Shown piece by piece: positions 13,317 through 27,037 of a stretch of DNA of 64,000 bases (the stretch's first letter is position 1; each line of letters starts with the position of its first letter). The notes below the pieces were generated by a model, which saw nothing but the letters and a program-made list of their open reading frames with translations, had not been told where the DNA came from and made no database searches. Source of the stretch: the human T2T-CHM13v2.0 reference genome, Homo sapiens; NCBI RefSeq assembly GCF_009914755.1, contig NC_060928.1; one strand, written 5' to 3'. The position numbers and the translations under genes are program-made.

Positions 13317-13526
13317 CTAAAAAGTTCAACATGACATCTAAGCCTGTTGATTAACAAAAGAAGAAATTTTTTTGTGGAAGAATTCAAAACTTTATTTCTC
13401 ATATGCAGCCTAATTTTCTTTACTAATATTCTTTTCTACTTTAATTTGGTTATTAGGTATATGTAGGGTTGAGTGTGATGCTTAGGTTGTGAAAACTTTA
13501 ACTGTGAATAGAAGACCTAACTAAAT

Positions 13527-14373
13527 CAGCAGTTTTTAAATGTTTTGCTTTCAGGACTCAATGAAGTACTGAACTCCCAAGGACTTTATATAAACCCTGT
13601 ATTTCTTGATATTTACCATACTGGAAATTAAGTAACAAATATCACTATCAAAAAATCACATTCATTAATATCACCACTGATTTCATCCAAAAAGTCTTTA
13701 AGTACTGGAAAGCTGTCAAGCCTAGGCAAACAAGTTCCAAAATTCTAATTTTTGCTTCAAGGCTTAACTTTATCATTGGCAACAAGTATTGTTGTTTTCC
13801 TTAAAGTGACAGACTCACTTCAAACATTTTTAGAGGAGCATTTGCCAAATATCCAAGTTTGATAACTATAGTTTTTCGTTTGTACTTTACCATAAAAATG
13901 ACATTTCATGGGGGAAAAAAGGCTAATTCACCTCACATCTAAAAAAATTGCAGTTATTTTTCCTCCAGACAAACACTATACTTTTTATATGCAGCAAAAG
14001 TGCTTTATGTGTACTTCCCATTTTGTTACACACACTAATATTGAAAGAACATGCATTCAAAAGGGGAGTTTTCATAAAATGAATAATTTTATCGCTTCAT
14101 CAAGAATATTCTTAAACTAGCATTTAATTTTTTTTTTTTAACTTCAAGCACGTGGTAGTGAAGAATACAATCATATCAGTACAGTTTGTTTCCATGGCCT
14201 TCGGGTCCATAAGTTTTACCCACCACTGTTTTTGCACCATCATCGTAAATGTCAACATAGTAAAAAAGTCAAGTAACATCTCAATATTATGATAAAAATA
14301 GTTTTGACCTCATGGACACCTTGAAATGGTCTCTGGGCCCTGAGGGGTCTATTTACTGTGTTAAGAAACACTG
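13527..14373 (-). mobile_element. Charlie1 (hAT-Charlie, Charlie1a/b-like) deletion derivative
   Basis: CAG...CTG termini; gttttgacctcatgga and atgcagcaaaagtgcttt motifs; reverse-complement similar to 50031-52090. Confidence 0.75.
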
Positions 14374-15039
14374 ATATAAGTCTAGCCGATTCAAGTAAAT
14401 TTAAAGAATTAGAAAATAACAAACTCCTAAGACAGGGGTAAAGTTTTGTTTTGATATTCCCTATCACAGTGCTACTTACAAATAGGTACTAAAACATATT
14501 CTTTTCTGCTTAGTGATAAAAATTGGTAATTATTATATAAAATATCACTAAAATGATCAGTTTATTTCACAAATCTAAGGTACTACTAACACTGCAATAA
14601 CCAAAATAGATGTAAAAATAACTAATAAGCTAGAATACAATCACGCTCATGCCTAGTATCCAGAAGGTCAACAATAAAAAAGACAACTTAAGGAATAAAT
14701 CCTTAACCATCATAACCTCAGAAACGATACTGTTCCATCTTGAAAAGTCAACTATCAAGTAACCAGGAATACTGCTATAATTAATCAAAACATTTAATAC
14801 TAAATTTTAAATCTGGGAAGAAATAATATGTTTCTCTACAAAGTTCCATTAAACTAAAGCAGTTTAACGTGGAATAACATTTGAGATTTCAAATATTTTA
14901 TACACAAACACAACATTCTAAAAATATTCTGTAAATATTTTTTAAATTTCATAAAATTTTGTTCTACATTAACTTTAATTAATCTATAACTCCTTATGGC
15001 AAGGAGATAAAAAATACAAAAACAATTTTTTAAAATTAT

Positions 15040-15114
15040 ATATATTTTAAATTATATATATATGTGTGTGCATATATGTGTGTGTGTATATATATCTGTG
15101 TATATATGTATATA

Positions 15115-15182
<68 letters not shown>

Positions 15183-15188
15183 TTTTTT
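15040..15188. repeat. Compound (TA)n/(TG)n microsatellite ending in ~(TA)16 and a poly-T Alu tail
   Basis: Direct observation. Confidence 0.95.
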
Positions 15189-15417
15189 AAAGAGACATGG
15201 ATAGTCTCACTGTGTTGCCCAAGCTGGCCTCAAACTCCTGGGATCAAGTAATCCTCCTGCCTTGGCCTCCCAAGTAGCTGGGATTACAGGCACACACCAC
15301 GCCTGGCTGATTTTTTATTTTTGTAGCAACAGGATGTGGAATTCCTGGGCTCAAGTGATCCTCCCACTTTGGCCTCCCAAAGGACGGGATTATAGGCATG
15401 CACTACCAGGCCTGGCT
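15165..15417 (-). mobile_element. Old Alu (AluJ-type) with internal deletions
   Basis: Antisense Alu with J-type ctcctgggctcaagtgatcctccc. Confidence 0.88.
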
Positions 15418-17405
15418 AATTTTAAGTTATCTTTAAAGGTAGTAGTAAAAGTATGAGAAAGGAAGAATTTTAAAGGCTGACTAAAGTATTATACTTTAGG
15501 AAGCAAATTTTTGGGCACAGCAAAGAGTGATTCAAAATTATAGCAGTAAAAAAATTTGTTTTATTGTCAAAGGTCCAGAAGATGAGTCTTTCTAAAGAAA
15601 AAGCTGTTTCCTAATGAAATTTTCTAATATCTGAAATTTATTAAAATATTTACAATTATTTCAATTTAATAAGAAAAGATAAAAGCAAATAAACAAATGT
15701 ATGAAATTGAACAGGTAAAATGAATAGATGAAATACCATAATACAATATTTTAAATGAACATTTTAGAAAGTAGAAGACATCAAAAAGCAGTATATAGTT
15801 AACTGATTAATCAAAGGTAGAGATCAGAGGTGCTAAAGATGTTCAAAGGAGACACTGCATGCATAAAGAATAATATAAAAGGATTTTGACCAAAAAAATT
15901 AATTTGTATAAAAGAAGAGAAAGAAGGAACATGGACTGGCAAGTAAAAAATTTCTATGTGATAGAACACAGGGTTTTACACAGGGTTTTACTGTAGGTTT
16001 GAAAAGATAGGTTAGAAGTTAGATCACAGAAGATATCAAATTTCAATCAGAAGCGACTGTCTTACACAAAGTCCCCTATGCCACAGATATCCTAACTAGC
16101 CTGGTGAAAACTTACTAGGAAAATTGCATTTCCATCTCTTGATGAGATATAATAAATACAGAAACATTTACTTTCTACTGACTTTAAGCTTCTCCACAAA
16201 AGTTCTTATGTTATTCTTAGGCCCACTATTCTCACTATATGCAAAACTTGGTAACTTAAAAAACTGTAAATTCAAATGACTATGAAATTCTTATAGACAG
16301 CTTTAGAAAAGAGAGGGGCTATCAAAATGACAGAAAAGAACAGGAATGAATATTTATTATTTCCTCCCTATCCCTCATTTATGATTAATGAAGGAGCTAC
16401 TTTCAAGGACACTGCTAAAATATGAAGGCCTAAGTACCAGAATTGCTTTAGCTGTTACCTATGTGACCTAACCAAGTCTCTCTCTCAGCCATCTATAACT
16501 TTAGACCCCCAATTCTGCTTAATTTTTTCATAGATTTATCACACATGAATATTATACATACAGTCTTTCTAAGCTCTGTAAAAACAAACACTTTTTTTGG
16601 TTTAGTCATGTACACCCAGCAATTAGAAATGTGTCTAACTCACTGTCAGGATTCAAGCAACTATTGAATAAGTCAGAATCTGTAAAGAAGGTGAAATTTA
16701 CCAGATGATTTTGGTATTCTTCCCTTTCAGATTCTAAAAGGCTCTAGTGTATTTGGAGAACAAAGGGGTAATCACAATAAATACATCTAAAGGTATATTT
16801 TATAGATCTTAGAGGAGATACAGAATCTTACATTAGGTAGTAGGTGGTGCAAAATGCTATCTTCATTGATTTATTACACACACATTTATTGCAAACATTC
16901 TATGTGTAAAAAATACTGTTTAATACTATGGGAGATAAAGAAATGCATGATACCAGCCTTGCTATGTAGGACCCTACTTCTTTAATGAGTGTGTGTAAAA
17001 ATGAACCATAATACAGGATAGAAAGTGCATAAGGTAATGAGAAAGAAAAAGAGGTATAAAAGTTCAGCGAGGAAAAAGAGAACTTCCTCCTTTAATTCCA
17101 GTTCCTCTTTTTCCAACTAGAAAGAGCTCGCGTTACATTACAAAACAAGTGAAGAGAGACTGGCATAAAGAGATGCAATCTTATAAACATACAAAAATAA
17201 GTATTCCTTTATTAAATTATGGGCATACACCTCTCTGCCATACCACATCCCCAGCTGAGACAGTTCAGATTAAAAACTAAAATGAATTTTCCCTCTGAAA
17301 CCTATCGCATTTTTATTATATTATTCTACAGAAAAAAAATCATTTTGAATCACAACCAACTTCTGGAACATAACAAACATTAAAAATGGTCCAAATAAGA
17401 AATTA

Positions 17406-17900
<495 letters not shown>

Positions 17901-18421
17901 TTAAAGTGGTTTGAATGTGTTGTTTTGACCAGCTGGATATTTTATGAAATGATGTTTAGGCATAAAGAACCATCAAAATGCAAGAGGCGTAGAAATCACC
18001 AGGTTCAATTCAGTGTTTACACATGAAAAAACCAGACACAAGGACCTTTATTTAAATAGGAGATTTCTAAATACCTAGCACCAAGAGACCAGTTATCCAA
18101 TTAACTAGCTCAATATACTTTCCACCAGCAAATACAATGCTGGAATAATAAGGGGTTGAACTTTCACACTGCTCTGGGAAAGGTGACTTTAAATTTTACA
18201 TTTAGGGATCAGGCTGTTAACTACCTGAACCCATTGTTTAATTACTAAAAGTGGGACAAACAAACCTAACATGCCCCCGATTTATGCAACATAAAATACA
18301 CAGCACCTCCTATAAAGAATTCTTGTCCCCCCAATAAACAATAATCTACTAGAACTTTTAGACGTGTAAATAACTTCCAGTACATGAAAATTAGTAAAGC
18401 AAATACAGGAATAAGATAAAT

Positions 18422-18673
18422 CAATGTTTCTCAATGTAAAAGCACTATTAACATTTTGGACCAGATAATTCTTTGTTGTTTGGGGCTGTCTTGTGTAATT
18501 TAGGATGTTTAACAGCAACCCTGGCCTATACTCACTAAATGCCAGTTAGCAACACTCCTTCAGGTTGTAACAACCAAAAATGTCTCCAGACATTGCTAAA
18601 TGTTCCCTTAGAAGAGAAAATTAAAAACAACAACAACAAAAATCATGAAGGAGAAAGAGGTTGAGAATCACTG
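18422..18673 (-). mobile_element. MER20 (hAT-Charlie) within an L1MC-type 3' fragment (~18230-19090)
   Basis: gataattctttgttgt...ggatgtttaacagca...aaaatgtctccagacattgc...ggttgagaatcactg. Confidence 0.85.
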
Positions 18674-19093
18674 GGTTAAATATAAGCCAAAAAGGAAAGT
18701 CTAAAATGTGGAACATTTTGCAGCAAAACTGACCATTTCCTTCAAGTAAGTAGAATGGGAGCAAAAAATCTTTTTTGAATAGAGTAAGAACTGTTCTGAA
18801 TTACAGAGACTCGAGAGATATAACCAGCAAAATAATAGGTCTTACTTAAATCCTATTCAAACAGGACAACTGTAAAAACAGTATTTTTGAGACAAGAAAT
18901 CTGAATGTGAACTGGGTATTAGATAATATAAAGGAATTACTTCGGTTATGTAAGAAAATATCCTTGTTTTTCAGACATGCATACTGAAGTATGAAGGAAT
19001 AGTGTCGGAAATTTGTCATCAAATACTTAAAGAAAACAAAGCTTCATGGCAAATTCTTGAAAATGTTGCATCTGAGAAATAGATATATAGAGG

Positions 19094-19411
19094 GTTTTTT
19101 TGTTTTGTTTTGTTTTTTTTGAGACAGGGTCTCACTCTGTCACGCAGGCTGGAGTGCAGTGGCAGAATCTCGGTTCACTGCAGCCTCTGGCCTCCTGGGT
19201 TCAAGCGATTCTCCCACCTCAGCCTCCTTCTCTTCCTTCAGCCTCCGGAGTAGCTGGAAATACAGGCGCATGATACCAGGCCCACCTAGATTTTTGTGTA
19301 TTTTGGTAGAGATGAGTTTTCACCAAAACACAAGTTTTGTGTATTTTGGTAGAGGTGAGTTTCGGCCTCTCAAAAGTGCTGGGATTACAGGCGTGAGCCA
19401 CTTTTACCCGG
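19094..19411 (-). mobile_element. Rearranged Alu
   Basis: Antisense Alu, TSD-like tatagag on both sides; part of the left arm replaced by templated repeats. Confidence 0.9.
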
Positions 19412-19897
19412 TCTATAGAGTTTTTTTTTATACGAGTCTCTGTACTTTTGTTCATGCTAAGTCCTTTTAATTTTGAAAGACTAAAGGTGATGACATTTCA
19501 CTGTAGAAGTTGCTTTTATTTAAACAGAAAAACTATTATTTAACAGTAATATTACTTAGATTTCTAAGATAATTAGAATTCTTTTTCACTTTCTCCCCAA
19601 ATTAAGTCTGACTTAATACAAATATTTAATAATGAAAACCAAGGTCTTTTAACAATGGTCAGAGCTGAATGAATTTGTTTGTCATTAACGGTAATTCAAA
19701 TCCTTCTACACTCAAAACACAAAGTCACATGGAAATTTGGTAATGCGGGGTCATTTGGACCAACTGTCATCGTTAGCATTACATTTCAAACTACTCCTCA
19801 AGTTAGAAATATTACTGCCATACTAGAGAAGAATGGTTCGTTCTGTAGTTTAATAAACTCGTATTTATTCCAAAGGATAAGAAAATTAGTATATTTT

Positions 19898-20205
19898 GGC
19901 CGGGTGCGGTGGCTCACGCCTAATCCCAGCATTTTGGGAGGCCAAGGCGGGCAGATCACCTGAGGTCAGGAGTTCGAGACCAGCCTGGCCAACATGGTGA
20001 AAGCCTATTGCTATTTAAAATACAAAAATTAGCCAGGTGTTGTGGCAGGTGCCTGTAATCCTAGCTACTCAGGAGGCTGAGACAGGAGAATCACTTGAAT
20101 CTGGGAGGCAGAGGTTGCTGTGAGCCAAGATAGCGCCATTGCACCCAGCCTGAGGGACAAGAGCTAGACTTCCTCTCAAAAAAAAAAAAAAAAAAAAAAA
20201 AAGAA
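19898..20205 (+). mobile_element. AluSq/Sp-type
   Basis: Alu consensus; TSD aagaaaa(t/c)tagtatatttt. Confidence 0.95.
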
Positions 20206-20860
20206 AAGAAAACTAGTATATTTTAATTAACTGATACCATACATACAAACTCCAACTTAACAAATAACTACAAATTACATACTAAGTGCAAAGCAGTAGG
20301 CTACTCATTGGATTATACAAACACAAAAATAATTTTGTTATAATCAATACCTTCCATAAATACACAATAAAGAAAGGCAACTCTATGTGCAAATAACTAT
20401 CAAACAAGTTTGAAAGAAGTACTAAACAGATACTAATACAGTGATTGTGCAGAGAAATGAGAAAACAATTATGAATGAGAGTGCTAAAAGCAATGATGCT
20501 TCAGGAAGATGGCGCCTTTCAATACTGTGCTGCGTTCAGAATTTATATTAAGTTACTGAAGGATTTAAGCATTAAGGCAAATAACTGGTAAAATAAAGAT
20601 AATTAGAGACCATGTTAAAGATCATTTTAGACAGCTGTGACACCAGAGACAAAACAACCAATTACGAACTTAAGTAAAACAAATGCATTATGTGAGGTGA
20701 AGATGGAAAAAAGGGCCAGTCTCTAAGCATAAACATACTTTATAAAAGTAAAATGCTGGCAACCGCAAAATTTAGACTTCTTTACATTCAACACTAACCC
20801 CATCCCCCATCTGATGTTTTCCGAAGAAAAAATAATAATAAATAAAAAATATTTAAAAAA

Positions 20861-21013
20861 TAAATAAAAAATATTTATTATTGTTTTTGTTGTTCTGGAA
20901 AATACCCTATTTATCAATGAATCTCAAAAGCTGGTAATAAATAAAAATATTTATTATTGTTTTTGTTGTTCTGGAAAATACTCTATTTATCACTGAATCT
21001 CAAAAGCTGGTAA
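20861..21013. repeat. Tandem duplication of ~77 bp (2 copies, 3 differences)
   Basis: 20861-20937 versus 20938-21013 compared directly. Confidence 0.95.
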
Positions 21014-23065
21014 TCTGAATTTTAAACCAGTAATCTACATTTCAGAAAAGGTGTTCTAAATTTTGACTATATTATAAAAGCATTTTAAAACAAATAATCC
21101 CCACACTTATTCCAGGAAAAGAAGTTATCTTCAGTCAAAAATTTACCATACTTAAAATTTTAAGATCTCTTAATAAATCCAGTCAATGCAGAAAAATCCC
21201 TCCAAAAAGATTTTATATTTTTTCTAAATTTTTCTTTTAGTAAGTGTCAATGATTGATTTTTAGGACCAATTTAGACATTTCAGTAACATAAAATGGGTT
21301 TACAGACATAAATCCATAACTAACACCACTTTGGCTACAAAAAATAAAAGTTCATTAGAAATGACTTACGGCTATCATTATGGGATGAATTATATAACTC
21401 ATACATATAAAACATATTCACTGATATTCAAAGCACAGGCTATGTGAACATAATTGAAGGCAACAACAGTCTTAATTTTGGTTTTATCAATATGAAATAC
21501 ATTTTACATATGAATACATATTTTAAAAACTGAATATTAAAAAGTGAATAGAAAAATTAAGAAACTTGAGTTTATGATCATTTTATGACAGTGACTGAAT
21601 AAATTCTTAATTTATTAAGAAATTATAATAATTTCTGGCTCTCAAGTAAGCCTGGAAAAATATGGCTATCTGCTCTTATAGTTCTTTGAATACTGATAAG
21701 CAGATTTACACATAAAATAAGAAATAAGAAGTATTCATAATTGTAAAGTCATCACAATTTAGTCTCTTCTGAACATGACCCAGAAATAATTCCTTTTGTC
21801 TGTATTTTTTATAGTCTTAAATAAGGGTAAACTTTGATAAAATACCACAATTCTTAATGGGGTAAATTATTCCAAAATTAATACAATTCAAATATTTTTT
21901 CTATACATACAAAGACAAAATCTTCAGTAATGTCACAGAACACTAATCCAAGTATAAGATTGAAATTTGAAAAGTTGAAAGAAAATAAAAACCCACTTAA
22001 AGAAATAAAATCTTTCTTGTAAAAAGAATGGTCAATGATTCATTATGGTATTCTGAGATTATAGTAAATAAAACTAAAGTGAACCTCATTAAAGATAATT
22101 TACCTTTCAAAAAGTCTATTTACAGAATAAACCACTGATCTATTCTTATATTTTTTCATTCATACTTGTCTATCAATTTGACAAATATTAAGCAGCTACT
22201 ATAATCTAGGAATCAGTGATATAACAGTTAACACAGCTTTGTTCTATAGCACTTTCGTAAAACGTGACTTCTTATGCTTCAAACTGCTATTTGCCTGCAA
22301 CAATTGAGTATGACATTACTAACAATTCAATATAAAATTTTTAACATAAACTTTACAAAGTGGACAAATTATGAATATTTCAAATAAGACAAAGTTCTAT
22401 GGAATTCTCAAATCTAGAGTTTCTAAGTGGTTTTTCTGTAACAGAATTAAAGTTATATGGTTTGTCAAAAATTCTCCCAAAATTACTTATCAATAGTAGG
22501 ATGCAATTCAATTATGAATTTAGCCTGCTCCAGGAATTATCATTTATCAATTATTGTAAAAGCAGCTGCAGAATATAAATATTCTTATAAGATGGCTTTA
22601 CAACACACACAGATACACACACACACATATATACACACCACAAAACCTGTAGTCATAAGCCTGGTGACATTTCAAACTTCTAAGGATATAAAGTCTAGAA
22701 AACTTCCAGGATGGTAGCAGTGGGGACCTGTTAGGGGTCAGACTGACATCAGACTTCCTAAATACAGCACCAGATGCTAGAAGATATCTGTGCAATTAAA
22801 AGTTCTGATGAACAGTTTGAAAGTAAAATTCCAAACTGTATAATGAAATTTTTTTAGGTATGTAAACACTATGAAATTTAAAAGCCACAAACATTTTCTG
22901 AATTTAGAGAAAATATTACTTCAAGAAGAAAAACCCATCCAAGAAAGGGGCAGCCTTGGAATTGCAAGACTAAGCAGCTAGAAAAGAAACCAGTATAATA
23001 CAACGTATTTTTAATATCTCAGGTAATTCTTAATATATGATTCACTAAAGTTATAAAAGTGGAAG

Positions 23066-23422
23066 TGAGACAGGAAAATGGGGTCTGTTGGCAGGGAACA
23101 TAAGGCCGAGTCACATTTCGGCTGTAACAGGAAATATCCTCTCTGTTAGAGTATATGCCATAAATGACTTTGTAACTTTACTTCATCTCCTCCATTTACA
23201 TAGGACATACTGAAGTAACCAATGGAATCCTCTAGAGGGGACTTAAACTCTCAAAAATTCTGTAAGGAGGCCTTTGAGCACCAATGCTTGGGCCTGCTCC
23301 CACACTGTTGAGTGTACTTCCATTTTCAATAAATCCCGTCATTCCTTCCTTGCTTTGTTTGTGTGTTTTGTCCAATTCTTTGTTCCAGATGCCAAGAACC
23401 TGGACATCCTCCACTGTTAACA
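23066..23422 (+). mobile_element. MER61 (ERV1) solo LTR, MER61A-like
   Basis: TG...CA ends, CCAAT box, AATAAA, 4-bp TSD GAAG on both sides; matches the remembered MER61 consensus. Confidence 0.88.
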
Positions 23423-23522
23423 GAAGTATATAACATAAATATATCACAAAGATTTCTGATTATTTTGAAAATATGAAAGCCAGGATTCAAATGAAATAAT
23501 GCCAAAAGCCTATGTTCTAGGG

Positions 23523-23590
23523 CAGTGCTCCCCAACCTTTTTGACACCAGAGACCAGTTTCATGGAAGACCATTTTTCCAGGGGCAGGAT
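23523..23590 (+). mobile_element. MER1-like (hAT-Charlie) terminal fragment
   Basis: ccccaacctttttgacaccagagaccagtttcatggaagac. Confidence 0.7.
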
Positions 23591-23953
23591 AAAGAGGATT
23601 TAGAAATAGAAGTAATTAACTGTAATACTTATATTTCATAGTGAACTAGAACTTAGTATATCACAAACAGAGAAAAGTCTTTAAAAACAAAAACCTGATC
23701 ATATCTTAAGCAAAACAGAAAATCTCAACACATTTCAAAATGAAGAAATTATACAAGGGCACATTCTTGGTCCATAAAGTTGAAAGAAACTAAAACTTAG
23801 CTATAAGATGACGACACTACTTTAAAATTTAAAAAGAAAAGGAAAAAAAAAGCCTACTATTAACTCTCAGAATACAGAGTAAATGAAAAATAAAATTATA
23901 AGCATATTATTTCATATGGGATTTAGCCATAGCGATCTTTAAAGAAAAATTTA

Positions 23954-24249
<296 letters not shown>

Positions 24250-25016
24250 AAAGAAAAATTTAGAGCTTGAAATGTATTAAATTCATTAGAACCTGAGATT
24301 TAAAATAAATAAATGAAAAGCTTCAAAATAGAATACAAATCAAAATGCATCAACATAATTTATAATGAAAAAACAAAAATGAGAAAATTGAGAAGAGGTA
24401 AAAGTTTCATTAATAAAACCAAACACAGTTTCTTGGGTAAAGTCTAGAAAGAGGATATAAGCCTTTGGCGAGAATGATTATGAAAAATGAGAGACAGAGA
24501 AAAATATAAGGAGTTATTAAAGTCAGAAAGTTGAGCACATCTATGAATCAATAAATCTAAAAGTCTTAAACAAAATGGATGGTTTTCTAGAAAGAAAGAT
24601 AATCAAAATTAACTCAAGAAATGGTAGACAACCTAAGTAGAATATGTCCACTGAAGCAACGTCAATGACAGATAAATCTAACCCTTCAAAACGGCACCTA
24701 AACCCAAATGAATTTAGAGGCAACTTCTATCAAAATTACATAGCATTATTATAACATTTAAGGAATAGAGCACTACTTTTTTATTTACAAGGCCCAGAAA
24801 ACAGATGGAAAAACTCTCTAGTTCATTATAGATAGCCAATTAACAAACCTAAACGAGATAACAACAACAACAACAAAAACCCAATAGCAAATTAAATTTA
24901 GTAGTAGTATAAAAGACAACTACAAGAAAGGGGATAATAGAGAACACTAAGAAATATAATCCTTTCTTTTTTCTGTTTCTCTGTCACAAATCTCACACAC
25001 ACACAAATAAAATTAA

Positions 25017-25274
<258 letters not shown>

Positions 25275-25723
25275 TGTCTGGAATGCTTTTCCCAACCCTT
25301 TCGTTCTTCAGGTCTTAGCTTATGTTTTACTTACTCAGATGATACTATCAACGGAGTTTCTCTCCTTATCTTTCTACCACACCATCCTCTTTATTTCCTC
25401 CATAATACTACCACAGCCTGAAATTATCTTGTTCTTGGATACTTGCTTATTATTTCTTCTCCATAAAAAAAAATGAACCTTTCAGACTTAGTGCTAACAC
25501 CAGTGTGTGACATAGTTCCTGACACAATGCAATAACCAAACAGGTATCTGCTGAATAAATATTAAAAATAGAACACATTATGACTAACATTAATGCAATC
25601 ACCACATTGAGGTATTACAGGTAAAAAAGAATATGTATCATCTCAACAAAAGTACGTGATTAAAGACAATATCCATTTTCATTAAAATACTTATTAAGCC
25701 AAAAAGAAAACTTTTATTCTTTA

Positions 25724-26083
<360 letters not shown>

Positions 26084-26984
26084 TTAGAAGCATCCCATTT
26101 AAATCGGGGACAAGATACCCAAATCAAAACTAGTAATGAACTATTCTGGAAACCTAACCAATGTAGTAAGACCAGAAAAACAAAACAAATGTCCTCCAAA
26201 AAAAAAAACAAAACAAAAAAAAAACAAAAAAAACCTGTAAGGGTGTAAACACATACAGAAAAAGGAAAAGGAAATGACAAAATGCTATCATTTGCAGAAA
26301 ATACAGCCATCCTTCTAGAAACTTCAAGAGAAGCAACTGAAAACTAAGTAAATGGTAAGATCAACATAAAAATCAATAGCCTTCCTACATACCAGCAATA
26401 ACCCATGAGAAAATAAAATGTAAAATGGAAGAAAAAAATGTAATTCACAACAACAAAAACAAAAAAAATCCAGGAATACACCTAACAAGAAAAGTGTAAG
26501 ACCTACAGGAAAAAAACTGTAAAACTTTACTAAAGGACAAAACAAAAACAAAAACAAAAAAAACACCTGAAGAAATGGAGAGGCATACCATGTTCCTGGA
26601 TGGGAAGATTCAATAGTGTAAAGATGTCAATTTTCCCCAAATTAATCTGTAAATTCAATGCACTTCCAATCAAAATCCCAAAGGGATTTTTAATGGAACT
26701 TGACATGTTGATTCTAAAGTTTATCTGGAAGAGAAAATACACAAGAATTGCCAAAAAAATTTGTTGAAAAAGACAATGGGGAGGGATGCCCTACCAGATG
26801 TCAAATATAATATAAAATGACAATAACCAAAACAGTGGAGTATTGAATCCAGAACATATATATATGGGACTTATAAAGTGTGATAAAGGTAAGATTTCAA
26901 GTCAGTAGGAAAAAGACATACTGCTCAACAAACTATTTTGGGAGAACAGCTATGAAGCTGGAAAAAATAGGCCCCTACCAAAAA

Positions 26985-26991
<7 letters not shown>

Positions 26992-27036
<45 letters not shown>
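26992..27036. repeat. (TG)n microsatellite, ~22 units
   Basis: Direct observation. Confidence 0.97.

Positions 27037-27037
<1 letters not shown>

Noticed and set aside
13073-13402. 109-aa minus-strand ORF overlapping exon 2
   Set aside because: Wrong frame. It runs through the polypyrimidine tract (F/L/S/P-rich); the true frame is set by the splice sites.
20861-21013. Repeat pair considered as a CRISPR-like array
   Set aside because: Two adjacent copies with no spacers in a primate intron; a simple tandem duplication.
21605-21622. Inverted repeat ttcttaat-tt-attaagaa
   Set aside because: Short and AT-rich; expected by chance at this base composition.
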